Shown here: in pieces, positions 48,813-63,229 of the stretch
Numbering within the stretch: position 1 is the stretch's first letter
How the letters are laid out: every line of letters starts with the position of its first letter
Source: Candidatus Ligilactobacillus faecavium
GTDB lineage: Bacteria > Bacillota > Bacilli > Lactobacillales > Lactobacillaceae
DNA length: 64,000 nucleotides
NCBI GenBank assembly: GCA_019120355.1
Contig: DWVG01000036.1
Location: forward strand, 2,024-66,023
Direction of reading: 5' to 3'
Notes under the pieces: model-generated
Told to the model about the DNA's origin: nothing
Databases searched by the model: none
The model's input: only the letters and a program-made list of their open reading frames with translations
Translations under genes and position numbers: made by a program

Positions 48813-51800
48813 TTAAAACATATCTTCAAATAAGTTTAATTGGTTTTCATCCGGCAAATCATCAAGGACGTGTTGTTCGTTCATAAATTCAATGATCGAT
48901 TGGGAAACCTTTCCGCGCTTAGCTAAGTCTTCCTTTGAGAGGAAGGCTTTTTCTTCCCGCGCGGCAATGATCTGTTTAGCAACGTTCAATCCTAAGCCTG
49001 GAATGGCTGAGAACGGCGCCAACAAGGTCTTCCCGTCTTCCATGATCAACCAGTCAGAAGCATCTGACTTATTGATGTCGACCATCTTGAACTTGAAGCC
49101 GCGTTCGAGCATCTCGTTCGCAATTTCAAGCACCGTCAACAGGTTCTTTTCCTTCGTTGAGGCATCCATCCCCTTGTCGTTGATCTCCTTCATCGCATTC
49201 TTAACGGCTTCTTTTCCATGAGCCATTGCGACCAGATCAAAGTCATCCGCCCGCACAGAGAAGTATGCAGCGTAGTAGATGATTGGGAAGTAAACCTTAA
49301 AGTACGCGATCCGCAATGCCATCAAAACATAAGCTGCTGCGTGGGCCTTCGGGAACATGTACTTGATCTTCAAGCATGAACCAATGTACCAGTCAGGCAC
49401 ATCAGCTTCACGCATTTCCTTTTGCCAATCATCCGGAATCCCGCGTCCTTTCCGCACGTGTTCCATGATCTGGAATGACGTTTCTGAATTTACGCCAAAG
49501 TGGATCAGATCCATCATGATATCATCACGACATCCGATAATTTCACTCATCTTCGCCGTGCCGTTTTCAATCAATTCTTCAGCGTTGCCTAACCAAACAT
49601 CCGTCCCGTGGGAAAGCCCTGAAATCTTCAGCAATTCCGCAAAGGTTGCGGGATGCGTCTTTTCAAGCATTCCCCGAACAAACCGCGTTCCGAATTCAGG
49701 AACCCCTAACGTTCCGGTTTTTGATTGAATTTGTTCCGGCGTAACACCTAAAACATCCGTTCCGGAGAACAGAGACATCACGCCGGGATCATCAGTTGGT
49801 ATCGACTTCGGATCAATTCCGGAAAGATCTTGCAGCATCCGAATCATCGTTGGATCATCATGCCCCAGGATATCAAGTTTCAAAATATTATCGTGAATCG
49901 AGTGGAAATCAAAGTGAGTCGTCCGCCATGGAGCATTCAGATCGTCTGCTGGGTATTGGATCGGTGAAAAATCATAAATTTCCATGTCATCCGGAACAAC
50001 CAGAATTCCGGCCGGGTGCTGGCCAGTTGTCCGTTTAACGCCAGTTGCGCCCTTTGCTAAGCGGTCAACTTCAGCGCCGCGAAAGGTTTGTTCCGTATCC
50101 CGTTCATATGCTTTAACATATCCGTACGCCGTCTTGTCAGCAACCGTCCCAATCGTTCCGGCCCGGTAAACATTATTTTCCCCGAACAGAACCTTCGTGT
50201 AGTTGTGCCCGATTGGCTGGTAGTCCCCCGAGAAGTTCAAATCGATATCCGGAACCTTGTTTCCCTTAAATCCAAGGAACGTTTCAAATGGAATTTCCTG
50301 CCCGTCCTTGATCAACGGCGTGCCGCATTCAGGACAATCCTTATCCGGCAAATCGTATCCCGAACCGTATTCACCCTTTGTGAAGAATTCCGAATACTTG
50401 CATTTTGGACATCGGTAATGCGGCGGTAATGGATTAACTTCGGTGATTCCGGTCATGGTAGCAACAAAACTTGAACCAACGGATCCCCGGGAACCAACCA
50501 AGTACCCGTCTTTGTTTGACTTAAATACCAGTTTTTGGGCAATCAGGTAAATAACCGCAAACCCGTTCCCAATAATAGATTTCAATTCTTTGTCCAGCCG
50601 AGCTTGAACCAATTCCGGCAACGGATCGCCATACCATTCATGCGCCTTGTTCATCGCTAATTCGCGGATTTGATCATTGGCCCCCGGCATATTTGGCGTA
50701 TACAATTTATCCTTAACTGGCGAAATCTCATCGCACATTGCCGCAATCTTGTTCGGATTATCGACAACGATTTCCTTGGCCGTATCTTCACCTAAGAAAT
50801 CAAAGGCTTCAAGCATCTCATCTGTTGTGCGGAAATGGGCATCCGGCAACTTGCGCAACCGGTTCAACGGATTAGCCCCGCCTTGCGAGTGAATCAGGAT
50901 CTTGCGGTAAATTGCATCTTCCTTGTTCATGAAGTGCACATCGCCCGTAGCTGCAATCGGAATATTCAATTCATGCGCTAACTTCACCATGTCAGCAATA
51001 ATTTCTTCAAGGTTGTGTTCATCTTTGACCAGTTCTTGTTCGATCAACGGTGCATAAATGGCTTTTGGTTGAACTTCAAGGTAGTCGTAATACTTGGCTT
51101 TTTCCTTCGCAACGCCATAGCCCTTTTGCATCATCGCCGTGAAGACTTCACCGTCAGCACATGCTGAACCAACCAGCAAGCCTTCACGGTATTTATCCAA
51201 CACTGACCGCGGAATTCGCGCAACGCGGTAGAAGTACTTCGTCATTCCATCCGACATCAGCTTGAAAAGATTCTTCAACCCTGCTTGCGTTTGTGCAAGG
51301 ATCGTTGCATGGAATGGGTGTTCATGCTTGTAAGCGTCATTTTGCCCCATGTATTGATTGAACTGGTCATGGAATCGAATATCATACCGCTCTTCCGCAT
51401 CCTTCAGCATTGCATAGTAGATATATCCGGTAGCTTCAGCATCGTAAATTGCCCGGTGGTGGTGTTCCAGGTTAACATCCAACTTCTTGGCCAAGGTATT
51501 TAACCGGAAGCCCTTCATTTCAGGATACAGGAACCGCGCTAATGGCAACGTATCGATCCATGGTTCGCTGATCAACGGCAAGCCATGCCGTTCGTAGCCG
51601 GTATTCATAAAATCGACGTCAAACGTTGCGTTATGGCCGACGATCACACAGCCCTTGCAGAAGTCTTGGAACATCTTGAAGACTTCTTCTTCCGACTTTG
51701 ATCCCCGAACCATATCATCCGTAATACTTGTCAAATTGATCGTTGTTTCTGAAAGTGGATGGCCCGGATCAATAAATTGTTCAAACTGATCGATGACCGT

Positions 51801-53162
51801 TCCGTTCTTCATCTTTACAGCCGCCAATTCAATGACCTTGTTATACCGGGCAGACAGCCCCGTTGTTTCGGTATCGAAGACAACGTAGGTGGCGTCTTTC
51901 AAATTAACGTGCTGCTCGTTGTATGCAATTGGCGTACCATCTTCAACAATATCCGCTTCAACGCCGTATAAAATCTTAACGTTGTTCTTTTGTCCCGCCG
52001 TGTGCGCTTCGGGAAAGGCCTGCAGACCACCATGATCAGTAACCGCAATTGCCTTTTGGCCCCACTTAGCAGCTTGTACCACGTAATCGGAAATGCTATT
52101 GGTAGCATCCATTTGACTCATATTGGTATGCAGGTGCAGTTCGACCCGCTTTTGATCTTCCGGCGCAGTATCCTGGCGTTCCTCGTGGTGAACTTCCATA
52201 ATGTCATACGCATTGATTGTCAAATCCCGCATATAAGTATCTTCCTGAACGCTTCCGCGCGCCTTGATCCACTTTCCCGGCTTCAGGGCGTCAAACAACG
52301 CTTCATCATTTTCATCCCGCGAAAACTTCTTGATAACGAATGATGAACTGTAATCCGTAACTTTCAAGATCAGCAGTTTGCGTTCTGAACGCAATTGCCG
52401 AATTTCGCGGTCAAAAATATAGCCTTGAACGACCACTGACCGTTCTTCTTCATTAATATCAACCATTTGCCGGACCGGAATGTCATCAGCAATTTTCCGA
52501 CCAATCACAACCGGACCGTCAACCGTGGCAGCCTTCTTCGCAGCTTTCTTCCGTTTTTCACTTTGCTTTTGGATTGCTGCCATTGCCTTTTGCGCCAATT
52601 CAGCATCGCTTTTCGCCTTGCGTTCCTTAAATTCGTTGATCTTTTCTTGCGATTTTGAGTCATCAACGATCGTTGCAAACGTCATCTTCGGGAATCCCAA
52701 TCGTTGATATTCCTCTTCGATCGGTCCAAGAGCTTTGGTTGTCAAAAAGTCCTTAATGACTTCATTTTCCGCAACGATCATTGGCCGTTTATGATCCAGA
52801 TACGGCACTTTCCCGCGAAAGACTTCATGAATCATTGGTGAATGAACTTCACTGTGAGTAACCGCCCATTCCCAGTAATCAGCTAAATTATGATCCGTGA
52901 CCTTCGGATCTTCGGTTTCAACGATTAACCGGGTTGCGGCAATTTCCTTAAAAGTAGCGGCCACATGGTTCGCCAAGTCCTGATAGGCATTAAACGGCAA
53001 GATATCATTGACCTTTAAATGAAAATCCCACCGGTGCGAATTCACATGAACTTCAACCTGATCGATGGCGGCATCCTTGAATGCTTCTTGAAATTCCGCA
53101 TCCGGTTGCCAATCAACCTGTTCAAGCAACTTTTCAAATAATTCTTGTTTACTAAGTGCCAC
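48813..53162 (-). CDS. polC: DNA polymerase III PolC-type (last codons are phage-derived)
   Basis: OB, PHP (ELHLHT), exonuclease (VFDTETTG), PDIDLNF catalytic motif. Confidence 0.98.
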   Translation of the reverse strand: MALSKQELFEKLLEQVDWQPDAEFQEAFKDAAIDQVEVHVNSHRWDFHLKVNDILPFNAYQDLANHVAATFKEIAATRLIVETEDPKVTDHNLADYWEWAVTHSEVHSPMIHEVFRGKVPYLDHKRPMIVAENEVIKDFLTTKALGPIEEEYQRLGFPKMTFATIVDDSKSQEKINEFKERKAKSDAELAQKAMAAIQKQSEKRKKAAKKAATVDGPVVIGRKIADDIPVRQMVDINEEERSVVVQGYIFDREIRQLRSERKLLILKVTDYSSSFVIKKFSRDENDEALFDALKPGKWIKARGSVQEDTYMRDLTINAYDIMEVHHEERQDTAPEDQKRVELHLHTNMSQMDATNSISDYVVQAAKWGQKAIAVTDHGGLQAFPEAHTAGQKNNVKILYGVEADIVEDGTPIAYNEQHVNLKDATYVVFDTETTGLSARYNKVIELAAVKMKNGTVIDQFEQFIDPGHPLSETTINLTSITDDMVRGSKSEEEVFKMFQDFCKGCVIVGHNATFDVDFMNTGYERHGLPLISEPWIDTLPLARFLYPEMKGFRLNTLAKKLDVNLEHHHRAIYDAEATGYIYYAMLKDAEERYDIRFHDQFNQYMGQNDAYKHEHPFHATILAQTQAGLKNLFKLMSDGMTKYFYRVARIPRSVLDKYREGLLVGSACADGEVFTAMMQKGYGVAKEKAKYYDYLEVQPKAIYAPLIEQELVKDEHNLEEIIADMVKLAHELNIPIAATGDVHFMNKEDAIYRKILIHSQGGANPLNRLRKLPDAHFRTTDEMLEAFDFLGEDTAKEIVVDNPNKIAAMCDEISPVKDKLYTPNMPGANDQIRELAMNKAHEWYGDPLPELVQARLDKELKSIIGNGFAVIYLIAQKLVFKSNKDGYLVGSRGSVGSSFVATMTGITEVNPLPPHYRCPKCKYSEFFTKGEYGSGYDLPDKDCPECGTPLIKDGQEIPFETFLGFKGNKVPDIDLNFSGDYQPIGHNYTKVLFGENNVYRAGTIGTVADKTAYGYVKAYERDTEQTFRGAEVDRLAKGATGVKRTTGQHPAGILVVPDDMEIYDFSPIQYPADDLNAPWRTTHFDFHSIHDNILKLDILGHDDPTMIRMLQDLSGIDPKSIPTDDPGVMSLFSGTDVLGVTPEQIQSKTGTLGVPEFGTRFVRGMLEKTHPATFAELLKISGLSHGTDVWLGNAEELIENGTAKMSEIIGCRDDIMMDLIHFGVNSETSFQIMEHVRKGRGIPDDWQKEMREADVPDWYIGSCLKIKYMFPKAHAAAYVLMALRIAYFKVYFPIIYYAAYFSVRADDFDLVAMAHGKEAVKNAMKEINDKGMDASTKEKNLLTVLEIANEMLERGFKFKMVDINKSDASDWLIMEDGKTLLAPFSAIPGLGLNVAKQIIAAREEKAFLSKEDLAKRGKVSQSIIEFMNEQHVLDDLPDENQLNLFEDMF

Positions 53163-53279
53163 GCTTTTGGTCCTCCCTCGTATTTATGTGCTTGTTCTAT
53201 CATAACAAAAATAAGACCGGGACAAAAGAACCCAGTCTTATCTTTCTTCAGTTTTTACCGGTCTGTTACGGTTAAAAAA

Positions 53280-55019
<1,740 letters not shown>

Positions 55020-55044
55020 TTAATTTTAAGTCTACCATAATCTT

Positions 55045-56325
55045 TTAAAAGAAGTAACGGCGAATATCATTCCAGGTGACTAGAACCATTAAAATCATCA
55101 GGAACGCAAACCCGATCATCGTAATGACAACTTCCTTATTCGGATCCATTGGTTTCTTCCGAATTCCTTCAATAATATTCAGTAAGATTTTTCCACCATC
55201 AAGGGCTGGAATCGGCAAGAGATTCATAATTCCTAAGTTAACTGATAACAAGCCCATCAAGTTGATGACGGTAATTGCACCGTGATGAGCAGCTTGCGCC
55301 GTCATCGAGTACATCGCGACCGGACCACCCAAGTCATTCAAGCTGAATCCGTGAGTGATCATGTGGCCGATTGCACTGAAAACTAACATAATAATATTCC
55401 ATGTTTGGGTAAAGCCAAAGGCAAGGATTGCCCCAATCGAATGATCCGTTTTAATTTTTTCGGTAATTCCAATTTGACCGGTCTTTTGGCCGTTTTGTTT
55501 AACCGTCTTCGGTGTTAATTGGATCTCTTTGGTTTGCTGAACTTGTTTAACCTTTAACGTGGTCTTCTTGCCGCCGCGATTGCCAAGATCACTTACAAGA
55601 TCTTGCCAATTCGAAACTTGGTGACCATCGATTGCCACAATCCGATCACCAGCTTTTAGTCCTGCCTTAGCAGCAACGGAATTCTTTTGAACCGTTCCAA
55701 TTACATTTGAATTCGTTGGAATCTGAACCCCGCCTTGAAGCATCGCAACCAAGCCAAAGGCAATGATTGCCAATACAAAGTTATTAAACGGACCGGCAAA
55801 GTTCGTAAAGATTCGCTTCGGAACACTGACCGATTGATATTGAACGTCTAACGGTGCAACCTGAATTTCCGTTCCATCTTCTTCGGTGATCATTGCATCA
55901 CGTTTAACATTGAACCGTTTAACCTGACTTTCGTCACCATTTTCGTAACCTTCGATCCACATTTCCTTTTGCAGATCCCAGTCAGTCACAACCAACGGCA
56001 ATCCGCCCTTTAACATTTCCTTTTGGCTGGTGTTGATCTTGGTAACCCGATCTTGCTTATCAAGCAACAACGTGACTGGTGACCCTTTCTTCAATGATTC
56101 TTCATCATCTTCGAGGCCGGCCATCCGTACGTAACCACCGAGTGGTAACAAACGCCACGTGTAAGTCGTCCCGTTCTTATGATATGCAAAAAGTTTCGGT
56201 CCCATTCCGATTGAGAATTTCCGCACCAAAATGCCGGACTTCTTCGCCGCATAAAAGTGACCAAATTCGTGAACAAATACCAGCACACCAAAAACGATCA
56301 CAAACGCAATAATTGTTACAATCAT
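55045..56325 (-). CDS. rseP: RIP metalloprotease RseP
   Basis: HEFGH, PDZ domain, NLLPIPALDGG. Confidence 0.95.
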   Translation of the reverse strand: MIVTIIAFVIVFGVLVFVHEFGHFYAAKKSGILVRKFSIGMGPKLFAYHKNGTTYTWRLLPLGGYVRMAGLEDDEESLKKGSPVTLLLDKQDRVTKINTSQKEMLKGGLPLVVTDWDLQKEMWIEGYENGDESQVKRFNVKRDAMITEEDGTEIQVAPLDVQYQSVSVPKRIFTNFAGPFNNFVLAIIAFGLVAMLQGGVQIPTNSNVIGTVQKNSVAAKAGLKAGDRIVAIDGHQVSNWQDLVSDLGNRGGKKTTLKVKQVQQTKEIQLTPKTVKQNGQKTGQIGITEKIKTDHSIGAILAFGFTQTWNIIMLVFSAIGHMITHGFSLNDLGGPVAMYSMTAQAAHHGAITVINLMGLLSVNLGIMNLLPIPALDGGKILLNIIEGIRKKPMDPNKEVVITMIGFAFLMILMVLVTWNDIRRYFF

Positions 56326-56355
56326 TGTTTTGGGTTTACCCCCTTCTTTTTAAAA

Positions 56356-57147
56356 TTAAATCAAACCGGCAAAGTGCATTAACGGTAAAACAAATAATAA
56401 TGAATCAAACCGGTCAAGAATCCCGCCGTGACCCGGAAGGATCTTACCTGAATCCTTAACGCCATAATGCCGTTTAAATGCTGATTCGATCAAATCGCCG
56501 AATTGACCGCCAATTGAAAATACCAGGGTCAAAACAAGCATCAATGCAAAATTGTACTTGAAGTACGGCTTCATAAAGAAGACATATGCACCGACAATGA
56601 TAACTGCGGCAAGCGTTCCGCCAATCGAGCCTTCCCAAGTTTTATTCGGACTGATCTTTGGAGCCAACTTGTGCTTCCCGATTTTCCGGCCAATCAAGTA
56701 TGCGCCGCTATCAGTGATCCAAACGATCAGTAAGGCGTACAAAAGCATCCATAAACTTTCTGCCCGGGCTTGGATCATAAAATGGAAGCCGAAGCCGGCA
56801 TAGACTGCTCCTAATACAAGCGCTCCGGCATCGTCAAAGTTGAACATGTTCTTTGAAATCACACTGAATGCCAGCAAGCACAGTAAGAAAACAAAGAAAA
56901 GATCCATGTAAGTTTCACCCTTTGGCAAAAACTTCAACCATGTCCGAGGAACCAAAAGACTGGCGATTGCAAAGTAACTAATAAATGCCGCCGGTGAAAC
57001 GACAAATAACTTTTTCATTGAAACAAATTCGGTCATTGCAACGATTCCCATTGCAACAACTAAAATATTAAATGGTGTTCCGCCGATAATTAAAAGCGGA
57101 ATAAAAATAATTAAAGCAATAATTGCGGTTGTCACGCGTTGCTTCAT
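56356..57147 (-). CDS. cdsA: Phosphatidate cytidylyltransferase
   Basis: SPNKTWEG, KDSG..LPGHGGILDRFD. Confidence 0.95.
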   Translation of the reverse strand: MKQRVTTAIIALIIFIPLLIIGGTPFNILVVAMGIVAMTEFVSMKKLFVVSPAAFISYFAIASLLVPRTWLKFLPKGETYMDLFFVFLLCLLAFSVISKNMFNFDDAGALVLGAVYAGFGFHFMIQARAESLWMLLYALLIVWITDSGAYLIGRKIGKHKLAPKISPNKTWEGSIGGTLAAVIIVGAYVFFMKPYFKYNFALMLVLTLVFSIGGQFGDLIESAFKRHYGVKDSGKILPGHGGILDRFDSLLFVLPLMHFAGLI

Positions 57148-57941
57148 TTCGATTTTCCTCCCTTAGTATCCTTTACGCCGCCGAAACGCCGGTCACGTTG
57201 TTGGAATTCATAAATATCATGGACCAGATCATCTGGTTGATATTCCGGCCATAATTTGTCAGTAAAGACTAATTCGCTATATGCAATTTGCCATAACAAA
57301 AAGTTTGAAATTCGTTCTTCACCGCTTGTCCGAATCAGTAAATCCGGATCATTGTATGGCGCAACTTCTTCCGTCATCAAAGACTTTGAAAGCACCTCTT
57401 CATTGATATCATCAACGGCTAAATCGCCATTTTGAACTTCAGTGGCAATCTTCTTTACCCCCGTGATGATTTCAGCCCGGCTGCCGTAATTCAAGGCAAA
57501 ATTCAGCACCATTCCGGTATTTTCCTTCGTTTGTTCGATTGCATCATTAACCGCCTTTTGTGTTTTTGACGGTAAGTATTCCGTGTAGCCCATTACGTTG
57601 ACCCGGACATTATTTTCAATCAATTCTGGAACAAACGTATCGAAAAATTTAACCGGCAAATCCATTAAAAAGCTAACTTCGCTTTCTGGGCGCTTCCAAT
57701 TTTCAGTTGAAAAGGCATAAAGCGTCAACACTTTGACCCCTAAATCACTTGCAGCTTTGGTAATATCCTTAACAACTTCCATTCCGCGTTTGTGGCCGGC
57801 AACCCGCGGTAATCCGCGGCGTTGAGCCCACCGGCCATTGCCATCCATAATAATGGCAATGTGTTGCGGCATCTTTGCGGGATCTAAATTAACTTCTTCG
57901 GTCTCGCCCGCCGTTGTATTTTTAAATAAGTTTTTAAACAT
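57144..57941 (-). CDS. uppS: Undecaprenyl diphosphate synthase
   Basis: HIAIIMDGNGRWA, FSTENWKRP, IRTSGE. Confidence 0.96.
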   Translation of the reverse strand: MFKNLFKNTTAGETEEVNLDPAKMPQHIAIIMDGNGRWAQRRGLPRVAGHKRGMEVVKDITKAASDLGVKVLTLYAFSTENWKRPESEVSFLMDLPVKFFDTFVPELIENNVRVNVMGYTEYLPSKTQKAVNDAIEQTKENTGMVLNFALNYGSRAEIITGVKKIATEVQNGDLAVDDINEEVLSKSLMTEEVAPYNDPDLLIRTSGEERISNFLLWQIAYSELVFTDKLWPEYQPDDLVHDIYEFQQRDRRFGGVKDTKGGKSK

Positions 57942-58018
57942 TGTTCTTCTCCATTCACTGATGACAATAAAAAAGGGTAAAAACAGCCACTGCCTGTTTT
58001 ACCCCAAATCTGTTGATT

Positions 58019-58582
58019 TTAGCCTTCAAGAATTTCCTTTTCTTTGTCAGCAACAATTTCGTCAACCTTTTTTACTGCTTCATCAGTAACTTGTTGCGCT
58101 TGATCTTCTAAATCATGTAATTCATCTTCTGACATTTCGCCGTCTTTTTCAGCCTTCTTCAAAGCTTCGCGAATGTCGCGCCGGGCATGACGAACTGAGC
58201 CCTTGGCTTTTTCGCCAACAGCTTTAACTTCTTTTGCTAATTCTTTCCGGCGTTCTTCAGTCAATTGCGGAATGACTAACCGAATAACGGTTCCGTCATT
58301 GACCGGATTTAATCCAAGATCTGAAGCCAATAATGCATGTTCAATATCATCCAATGATGACTTGTCATATGGTGAGATCAACAATACCCGGGCTTCAGGA
58401 ATTGAAATTTGAGCAATTTGATTCAATGGCGTTGGGGCGCCATAGTAATCAACCGTTACCCGGTTAAGCAAGCTGGCATTGGCCCGGCCGGCCCGAATGC
58501 CGCCAAGTTCGTGTTGTAAGGCTTCTTCAGCCTTAACCATCTTTTCTTGGCCTTCTTTAATAATTTCGTTTGTAATCTTCAT
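58019..58582 (-). CDS. frr: Ribosome recycling factor
   Basis: [24 protein letters not shown]. Confidence 0.96.
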   Translation of the reverse strand: MKITNEIIKEGQEKMVKAEEALQHELGGIRAGRANASLLNRVTVDYYGAPTPLNQIAQISIPEARVLLISPYDKSSLDDIEHALLASDLGLNPVNDGTVIRLVIPQLTEERRKELAKEVKAVGEKAKGSVRHARRDIREALKKAEKDGEMSEDELHDLEDQAQQVTDEAVKKVDEIVADKEKEILEG

Positions 58583-58584
58583 GA

Positions 58585-59337
<753 letters not shown>

Positions 59338-59419
59338 TCATGTAATTAATCTTAATATATTCTATCATATTACAATCAATGTTACAAAAAGAGATTATTC
59401 ATTTAAAGGCCACCGCTTT

Positions 59420-60439
59420 TTAATGTTGATGCGCGATCAATTCGATCACATCATTTGCCGGAATTCCGTTAAAGAATTTGTTCAAATCAAATGACTGCAG
59501 CACCTTGGTAATCGAGTCAACATCGTACGGCTTACCGATCAAGGCTTTTTCAAGCTGGTGAACATCTTCAACGCCAAAGAAGTCGCCATAAATTTTCGCC
59601 ATTTGAATTTTACCGTCCTGAACCTCAAAGCGGGCATCGATCGTTCCGGCATCAAAGTGCTTCCGCTTCTTGACCGTAAAGACTGGTGATTGTCCAAAAA
59701 CCCAATTCCAATCACGGTAACGCTCAGTTTCAATTTGATGAATAGCTTGCTGATCCTTTGCCGTTAATTGATATTCATTAATTTGGGCCTGACTAAGGTC
59801 ATCAACGTGATAAATGCGCTTGATCAGTTCATCCCGAAAGCCAGCTGTATCAAGTTTTTGGAATTCCGGCTTCAAATACGGCTTTAAATTTGTAACCCGG
59901 CTGCGAACCGATTTGATCCCCTTGGATTCAATTTTATCCTTCGGAACCTTTAATGCTCCAGCAACCGCATTGGTATCAACATCAAACATCAGCGTTCCGT
60001 GACAAAAAGTCTTGCCGTTGCGGGTGTACATTGCATTGCCTGAAAATTTCTTTCCATCGATCACGATGTCATTCCGTCCAGTAACTTCAGCACCTGTTGC
60101 GCCCATTTCATGCAGCGCATCAACAATTGGTTGAACTAACGTCTTAAAATCGCCAAAACGTTGCCGGTCAGCCGGAACAATAAAGCTAAAGCACAGATTG
60201 CCTAAATCTTGATACATCGCGCCACCGCCTGATAACCGTCGCGTAATCGTAATTCCATGTTGCTTACAGTAATCTTCATTGATCTCTTCGACCGTATTTT
60301 GATTTCGGCCCACAATAATGCATGGCTTTTCAATATAAAAAAGCATAAATGGCGGCGTCATGACTCCCGAATTCATTAAATATTCTTCAGTTGCCAGATT
60401 AGTTCGAATATCGTGGGTTTGCATTGCTAAGTATTGCAT
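59420..60439 (-). CDS. lplA: Lipoate--protein ligase A
   Basis: RRLSGGGA, KKFSGNA, SVRSRV; start refined. Confidence 0.92.
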   Translation of the reverse strand: MQYLAMQTHDIRTNLATEEYLMNSGVMTPPFMLFYIEKPCIIVGRNQNTVEEINEDYCKQHGITITRRLSGGGAMYQDLGNLCFSFIVPADRQRFGDFKTLVQPIVDALHEMGATGAEVTGRNDIVIDGKKFSGNAMYTRNGKTFCHGTLMFDVDTNAVAGALKVPKDKIESKGIKSVRSRVTNLKPYLKPEFQKLDTAGFRDELIKRIYHVDDLSQAQINEYQLTAKDQQAIHQIETERYRDWNWVFGQSPVFTVKKRKHFDAGTIDARFEVQDGKIQMAKIYGDFFGVEDVHQLEKALIGKPYDVDSITKVLQSFDLNKFFNGIPANDVIELIAHQH

Positions 60440-60503
60440 TTCTTCATCTCCATTTGAAAAAGAGGTTGCAACCATCGCAGTCTCAGCCTCTGAAATAAAA
60501 TTA

Positions 60504-61907
60504 CTAAATATTTGTCGGATATCCAATTGCGATATCAGCAGCATCCCAAACCGCTTCGGTCAGCGTTGGGTGCGGGTGAATCGTCAATGCTAAGTCGTCA
60601 ACGGTGTTGCCCGATTCGATCGCCAATGTTAATTCACTGATCATATCCGCAGCATCACCGCCGACAATCTGAGCACCGACTAAAATTCCTTCATCTTTTG
60701 TGTATACTAACCGGACAAAGCCGTCAGTCGCGTTCATTGAAATTGCCCGCCCATTTGCAAGGAATGGGAATTGAGCCGTCTTAACCGCTAATCCTTGTTG
60801 CGCAGCTTCTTTAGCTGTTAAACCAGTCGTTGCTAACGGAATATCGGTGTAGCAGACCGCTGGCATTGCATGATAATCAACGGTTGCCTTTTCTCCAGCG
60901 ATGGCTTCAGCAGCAACTTTACCTTCATATTCGGCTTTATGAGCAAGTGAAAAGCCCGGCACAACATCCCCGATCGCATAAATGTTTGGAATCGTGGTCC
61001 GACCCTGGTTATCAACTTTGATCAAGCCATGTGAATCAAGTTGGATCCCTGCATGTTGTAAGCCAATGCCTTTTGTGTTTGGACGCCGGCCAACTGAAAC
61101 CAAGCAATAATCTGCAACTAACTGCTTTTCTTCGCCGTCAACTTCAAAAGTTACCTTAACGCTTTGATCATCTTGTTCAGCTTTTTTGGCCATCGCATTG
61201 GTATAAATGTCAACGCCTTGCGAACTGAAGTGTTTCTGAATAACGCGAACCATGTCGGCTTCATAATTTGAAAGAATCTGGCCTGTTCCTTCAATAATTG
61301 AAACGTGCGCGCCGAGGTTTGCATAAACAGATGCCAATTCACAGCCGATATAACCGCCACCGACAACGATCAAGTGCTTCGGAACCTTCTTCAGATCAAG
61401 GGCTCCGGTCGAATCAATTACCCGGCCTTCATACTTGAAGTTTGGAATTTCGATCGGATGGCTCCCGGTTGCAATAATCAAGTTCTTAAACGTATATGTT
61501 TGAGCTTGATCGTCCTTGATAACCCGTAAAGTATGATCATCCTTAACATAGGCACTGCCCCAGATCACGTCAATATGGTGTTTCTTAAACAGGCTTGCAA
61601 CGCCGCCCGTTAACTTATCAACCACACTTTGTTTCCAAATTTGAGTTTGGTGAAAGTCAAGTTGAGCAGCCGTTACCTGCAATCCCATTTTTTGTGAATT
61701 CATCGCACTTTGATAATGATGAGCCGCTTCAACAAGTGCCTTTGACGGGATACATCCAATGTTAAGGCAAACTCCGCCAATAAATTCGCGTTCAATCACC
61801 GTTACTTTCTGGCCTAATTCGGCTGCCCGAATCGCAGCCACATAGCCGCCTGGGCCGCTGCCAATGACAACCGTATCTAAATCAATTGCAAAATCACCAA
61901 CAACCAT
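60504..61907 (-). CDS. pdhD: Dihydrolipoyl dehydrogenase (E3)
   Basis: GGVCLNIGCIPSK, HPHPTLTE. Confidence 0.95.
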   Translation of the reverse strand: MVVGDFAIDLDTVVIGSGPGGYVAAIRAAELGQKVTVIEREFIGGVCLNIGCIPSKALVEAAHHYQSAMNSQKMGLQVTAAQLDFHQTQIWKQSVVDKLTGGVASLFKKHHIDVIWGSAYVKDDHTLRVIKDDQAQTYTFKNLIIATGSHPIEIPNFKYEGRVIDSTGALDLKKVPKHLIVVGGGYIGCELASVYANLGAHVSIIEGTGQILSNYEADMVRVIQKHFSSQGVDIYTNAMAKKAEQDDQSVKVTFEVDGEEKQLVADYCLVSVGRRPNTKGIGLQHAGIQLDSHGLIKVDNQGRTTIPNIYAIGDVVPGFSLAHKAEYEGKVAAEAIAGEKATVDYHAMPAVCYTDIPLATTGLTAKEAAQQGLAVKTAQFPFLANGRAISMNATDGFVRLVYTKDEGILVGAQIVGGDAADMISELTLAIESGNTVDDLALTIHPHPTLTEAVWDAADIAIGYPTNI

Positions 61908-61909
61908 TG

Positions 61910-63217
61910 TTATCCCTCCATCAATAAGAGTTCTGGATTACCTAAAAGTTCCTTCAACCGGTTAAGGGCTTTTTGAGCAGTTGCCCCATCAATTGCCCGG
62001 TGATCAACTGACAGTGATAACTTCAAGACTTTTCCAACCGTGACACTTTCATGATCTTTTGGATCAATGATCGGTTGGTCAGTAATGCGGCCAATTCCTA
62101 AAATCGCAACTTCCGGGTAATTGATAATTGGGGTAAAGTATCCGCCACCGATCGAACCGATATTCGTGATCGCAATCGTGCCGTTTTGAGCAGTTGCCGG
62201 ATCAAGACTACCATCTGCAATCTTTTGCGTGTGATCTTCAATCTGTTTAGCAATCTCAAACATACTTAACCGGTCAGCATTTTTAATATTCGGCATGAAC
62301 AATCCACGTTCCGTATCAGTTGCAATTCCAACGTTAATATCATTTTTATATACGATCTCATGGTGATCCATATCAAGCGATGCGTTGAAAATCGGGAATT
62401 CCTTAGCAACCACTGCCAATGCTTTCACAACATACGGCATAAATGTTAAATGGATTCCTTTATCAGCTGCCATCTTCTTGAATTTCTTCCGGTGATCCCA
62501 TAATTGATCCACCACGACTTCATCAAATAACGTGACATGCGGAATTTCTTGAACCGAACGGCTGACTGACTTAGCCGTTGCCAACCGAACTGAGCTCATC
62601 TTTTCCCGCCGTTCGCCACCGGAAACTGGTTGAGTTGAACCTGATGAAACGGATTGATTTTCGCGTAAATCTTGTTGCGGAACGATCTTTGATGCCGTCC
62701 CATTTTGGTTACTCAAGAAGAGATCCACATCCGCCTTCAGAATTTGACCATGATTCCCGGTTCCTTTAAGTTGTGTTAAATCAACCTGCTTTTCCCGTGC
62801 ATATGCCCGCACTGATGGCATTGCCAATACTGGTAAACTATGATCTTGCGGAGTCATTTGCCGTGAAGCCGGTGCTGGTTGTGAATTCGATTGTTGAGTT
62901 GATGCCGCTGCTTTAGCAGGTTTTGCTTCTGACTTTGAATCTTTGGTTGATGGTTGATCTTCTGCTGGAACATCACCTGCAGTTTCGATTTCGATCAATG
63001 GATCACCAACATTGGCAGTGTCGCCTTCCTGAACAATAATTTTTTTGATTTTCCCGGTAACTGGTGAAGTCAAATCTTCAACCGATTTATCATTTTCGAT
63101 TTGAACTAAATCATCGTCTTTTTTGATTGAATCGCCTTTTTGAACATACCATTTCCCAATTGTTCCTTCGGCCATTCCTTCACCAACATCGGGAAGTTTA
63201 AATGCATAAACACCCAT
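61910..63217 (-). CDS. pdhC: Dihydrolipoyllysine acetyltransferase (E2)
   Basis: Lipoyl domain ENDKS, DHRAIDG. Confidence 0.93.
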   Translation of the reverse strand: MGVYAFKLPDVGEGMAEGTIGKWYVQKGDSIKKDDDLVQIENDKSVEDLTSPVTGKIKKIIVQEGDTANVGDPLIEIETAGDVPAEDQPSTKDSKSEAKPAKAAASTQQSNSQPAPASRQMTPQDHSLPVLAMPSVRAYAREKQVDLTQLKGTGNHGQILKADVDLFLSNQNGTASKIVPQQDLRENQSVSSGSTQPVSGGERREKMSSVRLATAKSVSRSVQEIPHVTLFDEVVVDQLWDHRKKFKKMAADKGIHLTFMPYVVKALAVVAKEFPIFNASLDMDHHEIVYKNDINVGIATDTERGLFMPNIKNADRLSMFEIAKQIEDHTQKIADGSLDPATAQNGTIAITNIGSIGGGYFTPIINYPEVAILGIGRITDQPIIDPKDHESVTVGKVLKLSLSVDHRAIDGATAQKALNRLKELLGNPELLLMEG

Positions 63218-63229
63218 TAATTTTTCCTC

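Larger units (their letters stand above)
5969..48854. mobile_element. Temperate siphovirus prophage integrated in the 3' end of polC
   Basis: 14-bp direct repeat TGGTTTTCATCCGG at 5969..5982 and 48841..48854; tyrosine integrase next to the right end; full module order integrase-immunity-replication-packaging-head-tail-lysis. Confidence 0.95.

Noticed and set aside
56325-56356. Absence of dxr between cdsA and rseP
   Set aside because: Normal for lactobacilli, which use the mevalonate pathway
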